This document shows positions 51,401 to 64,000 of a stretch of 64,000 nucleotides of DNA, one piece after another. The number at the start of each line of letters is the position of its first letter. Positions within the stretch are counted from its first letter, which is position 1. A program made the translations under genes and the position numbers. The notes beneath the pieces were generated by a model. It was not told the DNA's origin. It was given only the letters and a program-made list of their open reading frames with translations, and did no database searches. This DNA comes from Tubiluchus corallicola (Eukaryota > Animalia > Priapulida), in assembly GCA_030141605.1 (NCBI GenBank), contig JAQGDQ010000213.1, forward strand, positions 124,001 to 188,000, written 5' to 3'.

Positions 51401-54400
51401 CTATGGATGGGTTATTTTTCGACAGGTATACGCCCATGAGAACCTGCGTTATTATTGATGCATGGATCATATAAATGTTTACATAACTTTTGTGTTCCCG
51501 ATTTAATAGTGGGTGATCCTGTAAATCTTTCTCGCCCTCTGTACATACAGGTTTTTGAAATGTGAGGTAATGCACGAAGCGTGAGATGAGTTTAATACGT
51601 TATTTTGAAGGTCGTTTTGCGACGATTATGCATGCATTATGTGATGCCATATTATAATCTTATCACATTCCGTTATTTCGATCCGATTTTGCGTCAGTCT
51701 GGTTACACAGAGGGATGGGTAGTTTAAATGTCTTTAAGGTTTTTAAACCAAGGTTCACGCAATTTGTGCCACAAGATTATTCGTGACAGTGAATGAAAAT
51801 TCGCTGATTTGCCCCTGTCGAGAAACCCTAAGCAATATGACACTTAATCTCATATTGTTTTAAGCACAATCAAGAAGCTTTACAAAAAGAAGGGTTCAAC
51901 TCTGCAGAGTTATGTTGTATGTTAAATTATTTATCGCTGGTTTTACTAAATGTGGCAATTATTTCTATCTCATCTTGAAGCTAGATTACTAATTAATGGG
52001 GAATGAATCATTTTAATTTTAATTGATTTTAATTTTAATTTTTAATTTTGATTTTTAATCTTAATTAGTTATTTAACTTATTTTCATTTTTTGAAATCAA
52101 ACGTGGATAAAAGAAAAAAAATGTGAAAAAGTTGAACTCGCGCTATGTCTTGATTTGCTACAGATAAGGCAGGAATATTTGTTACACTATATACTACAGA
52201 ACGATTGCAATGTGATACGGCATGGTACGATGCAACATTATGATACCGACATATAAGAAAAGTTACAGCATTCTTTTAACACACATTATTCTTCACATTT
52301 CTGCTAATTTTGATTAACGAGCCCTATTGCCCTAACGTTAGTTAAAATGGGTGTCAGACATGCCGGGCTACGGGTTAATCACGAGCGTGTCTAAAATCAT
52401 GTCTCTAGCTAATGTACTCAGACATGTAAACGCATCTGTCTCATGACAAGACTTTTTAAAACGAGTCTAATGGTATGATTAATGAGGCCGACAATATGTT
52501 TGAGTTCAATTTCCTTTTTATCTCAGAACTGTGATTGTCAGAGAAAAATGTCATTTGGGAGCCCATTAGTTCGTTTACTGATTTTGTTGACTAACTACTA
52601 GTTTAGTTAATACTTTCTTTTTTGTTTTAGAGTTGTGAGTGGATCGACCTATATTGCGCCGTATTTGTCGATATACAGCGATCATCAAACAATTTGGTAT
52701 TTCAACCACTTTCAACCAGATGCGTATCCAAGGCGCTCTTGTTAATTATAATAGAAATATGTAATACAGTTTGACCCTAAGGGAATTCGACACTTGTTTG
52801 CCTTGTAAGGATTTTGGTATTTGCGGGAGCGATTCTTTGCCTTCAGTTATAAACTCGTCACTATTGTTGTTATGCAGGACATGTTTAACATGCATTCCGC
52901 ATAATTATATGCATACCTGCCAACCTGTAAGTTACGAATGTCGGCACTTCTTTTCCCGAACAATTTGTTCCACAGAAAGGATTTTTCATCTGTGATCTGT
53001 CCCTGGAAAGGCTAATAACCTTGTTGAAAAGCTTGTTATACTTGGAGGTATGAACTCGGTCAAGTATCTTCGGAGGAAAACACCTGCAGTAAGAATTGAG
53101 GAAGGCGAGGAGCTGAAGGAAAAGTAGAAATATCCGGTATTTGAAATGAATTGTGTGACATAGAGTAACGCATCAAATTATCAGTCTAACGCAATCATCA
53201 AGTATTTTCGGTATTTTAACGTCTACTTAATGTTCATTTTCTCATTTTAGGGACAAGGAGCTAAGTGGTTATTGTGTATGCTAAGGTTGCAAAGTTAAGC
53301 AATACCGAACCTTGTAGTAAATGAATGATTGACCACTGGGAAAACTGCTTCTGAACAATTTCAGATTGGAAAGATTTCATATGGATAAATTTCATTGTGC
53401 AGTCGTCTCATCCTGTGCTGACGTTTGAAGATAGCTAAAACACCACTATTTCCTTTCATGGGGTTATAATTGATAATAAGATAGTGTCAAGGCCCGCCAC
53501 AACTATCTAAATTAAACAGGCACTGCCCCTCTGAATCTTTGGTTGCAGTGTCAGACCTATAAAAATTTTGTACGTATTCGATATCATTGCAAGACATTTA
53601 GCAAAAGCACTTCAGGAAGAATCAATGCGGTCTGTTTTAGCTGCACCTCATTTTCTCCATTTTCCTATTATAAAAGGTAATTTCTTGGCAACTGTACGGT
53701 GATTGTTTCCATCAAGAAAAAGAAAAACACTGAATGCTCGGGGAATTAGGCTTTCGCTATAGTAGCAGTCAACAATTAGTATTTGTAAGCTTAACATAAG
53801 AAATACCTTTTATCTTTGTTTAGTAGCTATAATTAGCAAAGCTGTAAGTAATTTTCGTAAAAACGGTTTAGGGATGGTACACCACACTTTCGTTAGCGCT
53901 TGCAGTCAAAATTAACTAATGATAGTAACCTAAAACAATGAAACTACGTGTTTTTCAAAACTATCAATGGCAGGGCTACCAAAATTTCTCTTTCTTACTT
54001 ACTCGGTTAGAATTTAAATATTCATGCAGCCACTATAATACATGTACAATAACAACAAAAAGTTTATATCCCTCCCACCTGTGTCTTGACACGCTTTTCA
54101 CTTCGGCACAGATTGGATGCAATACCAAATAGGTCAAAAATTATCGAGATTAAAGCTTGTTATTACCCTACCGGGCATCCTGTATTAGTTTTGCACAGAT
54201 GTCTCCAAAAAGGTCAGAGATTCTTTCTAAAAAGAGGTGGGCATCACATGTCACATTTAGCAGCAGGTATGTCTGGAATGGTCGGAGAAGGGCGCAAACT
54301 TATCAAACGTGAGACCAGCATGTGTACCCTTGAACTGCTTCAGGCAACAGTCTGTGTCAGTTACGATTATGAATGCGAAAAAAGTCATCCGCAAGCAGGA

Positions 54401-56095
54401 TACACCTATCTCGTTTGTCACCTGTGTTGTTTTCCTTTTCTGGGAAAAGTCTTTGCTTCCAGCAAATACCATCCAAAATTGATAATCATTGACATTTTAA
54501 AAAGCCAAATTAGCTTATCTAAAAGTGATTGTAGATAACAAATTAGTCTTGGGCGTAATGACATATTAAGAACCAAGCCTTCATAGTATGTCGGTCGGTC
54601 TTACCCTTATTTTATCTTTAGATTTTCCAAACGCTTTTAATAAACATACACGCCTTAATTTTCCCATTTTGTGTTTGGCGGCACGTACTTTCGTGACATA
54701 TATAATTCGTGCTACATCCCTGAAATTTATAATTGCATGTTTCTTACTAATCCTGTGTTAACCAATCTAGTTGTAGTATACACTCCCTGTGTGCAGTTTG
54801 TCTTAATAAATCCGAATGAATCAAAATAATGTAATCCTTAAATCCTAACGTAGTTAAGAATAATTATGGAAAAACGCAACCGCAGTAATACAGAGTCTCA
54901 ACCCCAGTGCCCTCATGCACACAAAACTTGATACCACAACTGACTTTATTGTAACAACAGCTGATTTTGTTTGCCAAATTGATTAATCAAAAAGCTAAGT
55001 GTTGCATGTTCAGCAGTTTTAATGGCTGTATCCTTCGTATGGGCAAGGTGATGAACTAAGAGATTTTCTGCGAATTATTAATTATTTTTAAAGTATGTAG
55101 ATAGTAAGTCTTACCTGCTTTCTTAGTCGGTTAATTAAGTCGCGATAACAGATTACAATAACATTTCGTTTGATTTTGAAATATTGAAGCGATGAAGTTT
55201 TCAATTGTTTTTGTCTTTGAAATTCTTAAATGCTTGCAAATCTTGACAAAGATTATACTGGGTTTCCACTTTCTTAAAGACTGTTAACACTAATTTTGCA
55301 TCAAATATTCTCATTACTGTAATGTAATTAATAAACGAGCAAGGCGTCGACAGGAAAAGAATCACAAACATATTGTAACCTTCTGCTGCATTTCGAGTTC
55401 AATGCCTCTTCCCTCAACGCAGTGCAATAATTATTCTAGTCTACATCCAAAGCCAGTTTTTGAAGCGTGCATGTCTTTTCCTAATCTTTTCTTTCAGCAG
55501 GTCATCTGAAAGCTACAAAAGGCCAGTGATAATTGTAGAGTAAACTGATATATGGACAGATTTAAGAACTACCACAGTGGGTTGAGTTCAAGTACGCACG
55601 CTCAACAGCATATATAATAATGTTGTCAAAGCATATGGTAAGCTTTGCCTAACGGGTTCTTGGCTGTTGAACAGGCTTTAGCCGTTCTCACCGTTGTAGG
55701 TTTTGCCGGTAAATCTTTTCACCTATTTGCCTCAGTTTCTAACGTCATTTCTTTCGTCACCTATTATAAAGACAATTTTGAACAGTATAAAAGGTGAATA
55801 ACCCTCATCATCATCGCCCATAGTGCAGCACCGGTCACTTTGTGGTCAAGGTGTCAAAGTTGAACTGACCACCTGTCTGTAATTTCTTTTCAGGAAGTAA
55901 TTTTATTTTAACTGCGGACTTGTACTGGTCGGTTACAGCAAGACATTCATCCTCCTTAAACTTGCTGCACTGTCATAAACTTTGTGCGAAACTTTATAAA
56001 ACCAAATAGCAGAATTTTGATGTGTAAGAATACAGGTACGCCTAATAATAGTCTGCATTGAAGTATTGTGGTGAAAGTAATACACACCTACAACA

Positions 56096-56200
<105 letters not shown>

Positions 56201-56820
56201 CTTTTTCTGTCTTTTTTCTTTTTCTATGTTACCGACTCTCTTTCTCTCCACACTTTCTTCCATACCTTTCTTTGAAAAATACTAGGTTAAATTCCGATGC
56301 ACGACTTTCTTGATGCTTAACACGATTTTCTTCTCGGTGTTTTTAATTCTTTGCTTTCTGAAGTTGGACGTCATTCACATGAATTGGATCAAGTTTGTAC
56401 GAAAACCCATTGTGTAAAATTCAAGAGCATTTAAGCACAATGAAATCGGTCACTTTCTATCACGTATCTCACTTTCCTATCACCAAGCCTCTGGATGCAC
56501 TACGCTGCTTTGAAATTTTCTGATTGCGTTATCTTTGCATTTTATGCTCGATTTTTTTATGAAGTGAGAAGGCCGTACTAATTAGGCCATGTCACTTCAT
56601 TTGACTGTTCGAAATTTGAACAGCTAGTGGAAACCAACTCCAACTGAAAAGGCTAACCAAAAAAGTCGACCAAATGCCGATAAGGACTTGAATGTAACTT
56701 GGAATAATGTGTTGTAATATTGCACTCAGTTTCGCCTTGCCTTTTAAATGATTAACTTTCCGATATATTTTATGCATAGTGACAGTAGATTTCAAACAAG
56801 TCCCGCTTACGGGTATACCG

Positions 56821-57114
56821 GATAACATTTATTAGTAGCACTGTGTTATTAATATAGTATAATATAATATAATATAATATAATATAATGTAATGTAATGT
56901 GATGTGATGTGATGTGATGTGATGTGACGTGACGTGACGTGACGTGACGTGACGTGACGTGACGTGACGTGACGTGACGTAACGTAACGTAACGTAACGT
57001 AACGTAACGTAACACAACACAACACAACACAACACAACACAACACAACACAATACAATACAATACAATACAATATAATATAATTAATAACGCAGTGTCAC
57101 TAATAAATGTTATC
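56821..57114. repeat. Compound pentanucleotide microsatellite flanked by 33-bp inverted repeats (MITE-like)
   Basis: (AATAT)5(AATGT)3(GATGT)5(GACGT)11(AACGT)6(AACAC)8(AATAC)4(AATAT)2 at 56861-57080. The flanks are gataacatttattagtagcactgtgttattaat and attaataacgcagtgtcactaataaatgttatc. Confidence 0.9.
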
Positions 57115-60100
57115 AGTACTAATACTGGAGCAGCTGACTGGATGACCACTTGGTCTTTCACTGCCTCTTCTTCACGATATTGTTTTTAAAATAACTGTTG
57201 CATGTTTTATAATGTGTGTCAAGACGAAATAAAAGATTATGATTATGGTTACGCAGACCTTTGGGTTCAGTTGGTGCTTTTTTGTTCGCCAGTCACTCTA
57301 CTCTGATCGGCCTGGTCAGCGGTCAACCCCTGTCGCTTAATATTTTGCACTACTATGTTTGAAGGATAATATTAATGCAGTCCGCAGCACGTACACGACT
57401 ATTTTATAGCCCAGAAACAGTTTTTTTATTACTTTGGGCGTGGTAGCTACGCGTCTAATAATTTTATACCATACAACCGTATATAAGGGCAATTTACCTA
57501 AAATTTATTTTAGCACTTTGTCAATTGTAGTCTATAAACTTGGTTATACTAATATGGAGAATCAAAACGTACCTAGAGATCTATAAACTACAATCTTCCA
57601 GCGAATACGATATTTGTCATTTCTGGAATTTTCTACGAGCGTTAACTTTAGCGGCATAGCGAGGTGTGATTGATGACGTCATTAATTTATTTGGATAATT
57701 ATTACAATATTGATCAATCATCATTGATGTCTTAACAGATACTCCAGGGAGAAATGATAGAAACAATAATTCGTTTGAAATTTTTATATATTTAATATTA
57801 TAAAAGAACTGCTGTGCGTTTTGAGAAACTTTTCTCGGGTTCTAACTAAAGGACTTTTATATAATGCTTTTAATCACTTAGTGGCATGCTACTAGTGGGC
57901 TTAGTAGCCTATGATAATGTAATTTAAAAAACAGTAATGTGATAATTGCTTCTTCCGCGACTTGCATGCGCGAACGATGCACTGCAGTTTTTTAAAACCG
58001 CATAATTAAGCAAGTGCGTGAAATAGTAATATAACAATTTCCATTTAAAACCACTACAATAAAATATAATTGTTGAATTATTTACCCTAGGATCTAGAAT
58101 ATATCCGTTATCCTTATGGTGCCACGGTTTTATAAACAACTTGCAATTTCGTTGAAATTATTGCTTTTATTGGTTAATGATAATAACTCAGGAATTTCGG
58201 CCACATAAATTATTTTCACCTGTGGCCTTTCACCTGTGCAATAATAGATTATTCTTTGATAGTGGCACGAGAGCCCTCAATAACACGGTTTAATAAATAC
58301 TTAATAGTCAAAGAGTTTAAGAGCACTGCGTTTCAGTCCAGTCGATGCAGAGCTAAATATATGGCTTTAAAACTAATTTAGAGTGACAGTTTAGCCCATT
58401 TTATTGACACAGACTTTCATAATAAGATCTAAAACGTTTTAAGTAAATTACTTAACCAAAGGTCTAATTATAGTTAATTGATAAACAACCACCCACATGC
58501 TTACAACGCCATAAAAAAGTAATGTCTGAGACAAATTCAAGTTGTGTCATAAAACAGCCATAGCTCATATAACTCAATGATAAAACATAAATAAGATTTA
58601 GCAAATGTGTTGTTGTAAAATAATTGTCTGTTGAAGGTTGCAATGAAAGAAATATGCCATTTGTTGCATCGTAAATTGTGGTGAAACTACTCAAAAAATG
58701 ACTTTTTCCAAGCCAGCCTGCAGATATGAATCTTCGCTGCGTTTATATACAAAATTATGAATTTACAATAACGATTTTCATGCATAATTAAAAAGTTGAA
58801 TATATTAGACATCAGAACGTCTGTCAAGACAGCATGTTTTGGTAGATTATTTTCTTGGTAGAATGCTAATCGAAATTTCGTTACTTAATAGACTGTGTAA
58901 AATATTACGCCGTGAAATAGAAAAATAGTGAAAGTGAAATAAAAAAATAATCAGTGAAAAAATAGAAAAAATATTTATATAACCGAAACATTCTACACAA
59001 AATTGTTTTTATAGAGGGAGTAAGCGAGTTCACGCCTTGAAGGGATGATACAAAGACTGTTTTATATTAACAGTCCTTCAATAAGTACATCCTTCCAGAA
59101 GAAGTAGAAAAGAGTGAATTTTATGGTGAACGCCCCAACCCTTAAAAACTGTTAAACAAACATATAAATACAATACAGGGGTCAGTTTTTAGGTATTGAT
59201 ATCTCAGAGATGACACCCAAGGCATTACTTGGCATTGATCATTTTGTATCTAGATTTCTTAACAACATAACTGAATGATAACATGAACTGAGCATTTAAA
59301 GAATATTAAGCCTATCTACTAAGTTACCATCTACTGAAAACGGCAACAATTTTAATACATACATTCACGATTGATTGCGAGAGTATATAGGCTGATGTAA
59401 CACGAGCATGCCCGCGCTCATATGTGAACAGACTCTCGCGTAAAAACATGAGATGAGGTTCTTGTGTTATTTTACTAATAACATTTTGTTTATTGTTTAG
59501 AAAGTTATCTTACATACTTATAAAATTATACGCATGATGTCGTTAAATGTAAACACAGTTTTTGGGTTGTTTTGAACGCATTTTTTAAAAAGTGAAATTT
59601 AGAAACTCTTCCTTTTATTATTTATACAACTGAACTATACTGAGTCTCTAATATCCGCGAGAACCTGGTTTTAAAGTACATGAGCTGTTAAAAATCTATA
59701 AACGAAATGAGAGAAAAGAAATTGATACAATGTGGAGACATTTAGAACATACAACCAAGAAAATAACCCAAGATTAAGGGACATTATTAAAGCTGCTTAT
59801 TGTACGTAGCATGTACTTCGGAGTAACATATATACATTATCATACAATTCTATAGCAACAGTTATTTTTCTCCTTTCTCACTTATACTGTACGGATAGTT
59901 TAACAGCAGCACTTAAATTTTAATAAAGTATGATCAAATTTTCGAAGACCTCCTTTAATTTATACCAAAATACGTGAAACAATAAAATTGGTAATTTTAA
60001 ATCGCAATTGTTAAATAGTTTTAAAGAAAAATAGAGCATAACGAGAATGTTTAAGGTCTACTTGTTTTGCTAATATCATAATGAATAAAATGTAAAAATC

Positions 60101-60539
60101 ACTTTTCTGCATAAAGGTTATTTCAACGTACGTTATTAATTTTAATTTCACACTCACAAGCTTGTCAATTATTGGCTGCTTCCCTCGCTAATTGTTAACT
60201 TTGGTTTGACCCAGCGTGGTGAGACGTTGTGACAGTTTAACAAAAAAAATTATACGCTGAATGACATCGAGCACGACCCAACATTCCACGGAGTATTATC
60301 TCATTATTAGGTGAAGAGAAAGTTGGCTACAACATGATCAAGGTCGAATATTTCAACTACGACAAGATAATTTAAATAAGTTTTTCTTCCAAAAACTCCC
60401 TTGCCTTTGTCTACAATAAACAAAGAAGTTTCATTAATAGCTGTCCACTCTTTCAGTCTTGTATTTTTGCGTACGTCACGATTCACTCGTTGTACAGAAT
60501 ATAGATTTCTGTCAAGTAAGATTTTCGTGTGTGTGAATC

Positions 60540-60850
60540 TGTAAGTGCGTAAGCTAGCAAGCAAGTAAACAAGTAGCATATAGGATAGTAAGTGGATATA
60601 TAGGTAGGTAGGTAGGCATGTATGTAAGTAGGTAGTTAGGCAGACAAGCTTTAGGTGAATATAAGTAAACAACAGAGTCAGTGTCAAATTAAGTTAATAA
60701 GAAAGAAACTTCTATCCACTCTGTAATGCTACCTAGCACTTAAAGGAACTGCTTACTTACCTTTCTAACCACCTGCTTACTTACACATCTATGTACCTAC
60801 TTACATATCTACCTACCTAGCTACTTACTTACTTACTTACTTACTTAGCT
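60540..60850. repeat. Degenerate tetranucleotide repeats (TAGG/TAAG, then CCTA/CTTA) in inverted arrangement
   Basis: taggtaggtagg and gtaagtag on the left; ctacctac and cttacttac on the right. Confidence 0.7.
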
Positions 60851-63800
60851 CACTAAAAATGAGCTCACTGAAACTTCCTCCAAATTGCAGTTTTATTGAA
60901 TATGAGTCTGAAAATTCCTGCCTTAGTTGCAAGTTAAATAATAAGCTTTAATAATTATAGATCCTGGCCAGAAAAATGACACGCACTGTTACACAGCTGC
61001 TAGTGCCAATAAAATTTCTTAGACCAGATTTCTGTTCTTACATTCCACGGCAAAACTTAAATGCCAACGAATGCCTAAGATGCCACACGTTCTAATAAGA
61101 TTCGTCACCAGGTGTATACGATGTTACAAGCATAAACTGTCCACAGCCAAATCTGAGTCAAGGCAGAGATATACAAGGTGACCACCATGTACAAAGGTGT
61201 TGCACGCTATTCAGGCGTAAGAATGGTAATGCGATTTGCACAACATGTTCATTATCATGGGTGTTAGCATTTAATTAAAAGCTATTAATGATCTGTTATG
61301 TTAATCTACTTTTCTTATTTACATTAATCGCTGGTCTATAACGATATATACTAGTTACGATAATTATTCGTTTGCCGAAGTCAGATGCTCGTAACTAATT
61401 CCAGTGGTTTACAATTTCTAGGTCTGCAGCAATGTCTGCATATGCGTGTAGATTAAAAAAATAAACAATCGTTTCAGGGTTTTAGCCAATTCACCATGAA
61501 TACCAACTCAACGCTTGTAAACATAGTTATAGTTTTTGTAATGTATATCGAAAACAGAACGTCAGACACATGTTAGCACCATAAACCAGAATATGTGACG
61601 AAGGCTAGATTATAATTTATTTTACGAGAACTAATAGGAATTAGTATTATTAGGAGGTGACAGAGCAGAAAAAGTCCGTTAAATGATATGCAATACATTA
61701 TCTAGTTTATGTCTGATTTTTGAACGTGCTAATATTTGTTGTAATTATTTTGTGCTTACCGCAGCTTCTCAAAGCCGACGGCTCAGTAAGACCAGAACGG
61801 TTCTAGCCGCCAAAACCAGGGGCTTAATATAGAACAGAAATTTTACTATTTTTATATAAAACAGTATGCTGTGGATGTTGTGCGACGGACCTGAAACTCA
61901 TCTAGTCACCTGGTCCAGCTCCTCTTCATATAAATGTCAAGTTTGAAAAGAATAAATCCAATAGTGAAATGACGGTGCTTGTATTTGGTCTTCTTTGCGT
62001 TTATACTGAAAACTGGTGAATTTAACTGAATTAACTTGATAAACTGGTGCAAAATTAAGTTAACTTTTTTGAATTTGCAAATAAGAAAAATAAAGAAGTA
62101 AACAATGGGCTTAAACCAAGCGTTTTGCACCAAAGCCCCAGTTTCCAAGTTCAAACATTATAAAAGTTACAAAAGTAAAACTTGAACGTAAGTGTCAAAA
62201 ATCAACATGCATTGTCGCGTAGAAAGAATTAAGATCCCCAAGCAATTGTCAGTGAAAATAGAAAAAATATAGAGTAGAATCAGTATTTAGTACGAAAGCG
62301 CAATACAATCTAATGGCAAAAGATTGGAAATAACCAGATTTTTTTATAATCGTATGGCAAAAAATTTGGTGATAACTTGATTTTATTGTAATGGGATATA
62401 ATGACACTAATGCGCTTTCGTAATTTGGGAAAAACAAAAAACAAAAATTTTAACTTCGAAACGATATTGTTATGGCAATTAGAAAATGTTTATATATTGT
62501 CAACAATATATTTGTTCAGTGCAAATTACAAGGATAAGTAAAAATATTAAATGTGCCATCAGTTCAACTCAAGATATTATAGCAAATGGAAAGGCAATAT
62601 TTGAGTTACACGCCAACATTATACTTCATATTTTCTAAGGAAATAGTTATTCTACTTAATGAAAGCCTACATTCCAATAGTCCAACATTACAATACTTAA
62701 GAAAATATTACTACAGACAATAATCTTTGGTGTAAAAAACTAATCAATGACACAGCAGTTAAGACCCTTCCGAAACTACGCGATTTCGTTGATTTATCAG
62801 AGATTATCACCGTATTATGCCAAATAATCGGTGTGGTCTAGTAAACCGAATTATATGGATGACTTGATTAGAAAGTCAATGTCACGAGCAGCGAACAATG
62901 CAAAATCTCGTACGCAATCATGCTAAATCAGCATACCTAATAGTGTTGAAAATAGTTAAAAACTAACGACTGAAAAGCACCTAAGTCGCAAATTTTTTTC
63001 AATAAAAATCAAAAATTTAATTTAAATTGTCGACAAATCGCGAGCATAAGTACTTATTCATTTTCGACACTGCGTGGCTATTTGGACTTTTGACAGCTAC
63101 ACAAATGGACAGAATAGTATCGTTTCTCTTAAAAACATTTTTTATTTTTAACTTAAGAGAACAACAGTAGGTGTTTGCATACTCACAGAGTCTTGCGAGC
63201 CATTTATCTTTGCAATTAACGAAAACAAAATCGTTTTGAAAAGATGGTAACGAGAGCTCCTACAGACAAATATATTGCTTTATATTTTTGTAGGCAAAAT
63301 GAAAAGCACAGCTATAAAATAAAACGACACAGTTGTAAGGAAACTTTGAAGTGGCGCTTGCTGAAGAGTCTTGGTTTATGACACTTTTACAATTGTAAAT
63401 GTTGCGGGCACTTGCGACTATTGAAAATAACGTAACTTCTTTCCAAATTTAATTGAAATAAAGTATACAGTTGCTACACACCAAGAGTCATTGAACGCTA
63501 TAAAATATTCAACTCTTTCTGTCAGATATTATGACCGTTGTGAGTTTTCCTGACCGTCCAATAGGACAACCTGCCCATGGGTTATGTCGTAGTGCAAAAA
63601 TTAGGTTGAAAGACTAAACAGTAAGAATATCTCTGAAACGATATGCATTTGCAGTCTTTGGAAACAATTTTTCAAAGTTTACGCCACAGATATAAAAAAT
63701 GAATGCATTGCTACTTTTGTGCAATACCATACTAATATTAAAAACCATTAAACTATTTGTAAAATATTTAAAGTTTTGTCAATTACAACATTGAAAATAA

Positions 63801-64000
63801 GCAGCTCGATTCTCAAACTAACATATGTCATGAAAGTTATGCTTTGAAGAAATGTGTAATTGTCTTATGATTTATTTGTTTTATCTTTCGAACTTGACAT
63901 CCCGTGAGCCCAAGTATTCAACATATCCAACACATGGTATTTTAATTTCTCAAATTTAATGACTCATAAAGGGAGATAACATGCACACCAAGATAAAACT

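Noticed and set aside
54086-54538. 150-aa ORF
   Set aside because: No recognisable domain or consistent splice structure, and it has a non-ATG start.

Overview
AT-rich, intron-rich eukaryotic DNA, most likely from an invertebrate animal. All exon models were reconstructed by eye. Left part: a minus-strand gene encoding one von Willebrand factor A (VWA) domain (4 exons found, 9100 to 2074). One of its introns carries a young, very compact (4.28 kb) Ty3/Gypsy LTR retrotransposon (3940-8220, 5-bp target-site duplication ATGTT). This element has no tRNA primer-binding site. Instead it has a perfect 14-nt match between the LTR and the PBS position, which predicts self-priming, and its RT motif is YLDN rather than YxDD. 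Centre: a plus-strand tandem cluster of secreted animal heme peroxidases (peroxidase-cyclooxygenase superfamily). It contains two intact 16-coding-exon genes (16576-31162, about 699 aa; 36520-48404, about 696 aa), a collapsed pseudogene (about 13072-13545) and an extra start micro-exon (14957). The two intact genes show patchy gene conversion. Scattered throughout are MITEs, a Helentron/DINE-like dimer, degraded LINE fragments and microsatellites, including a TIR-flanked pentamer array whose unit changes stepwise and returns to its starting sequence. The 48.5-64 kb region is mostly non-coding. No rRNA, tRNA or CRISPR was recognised.
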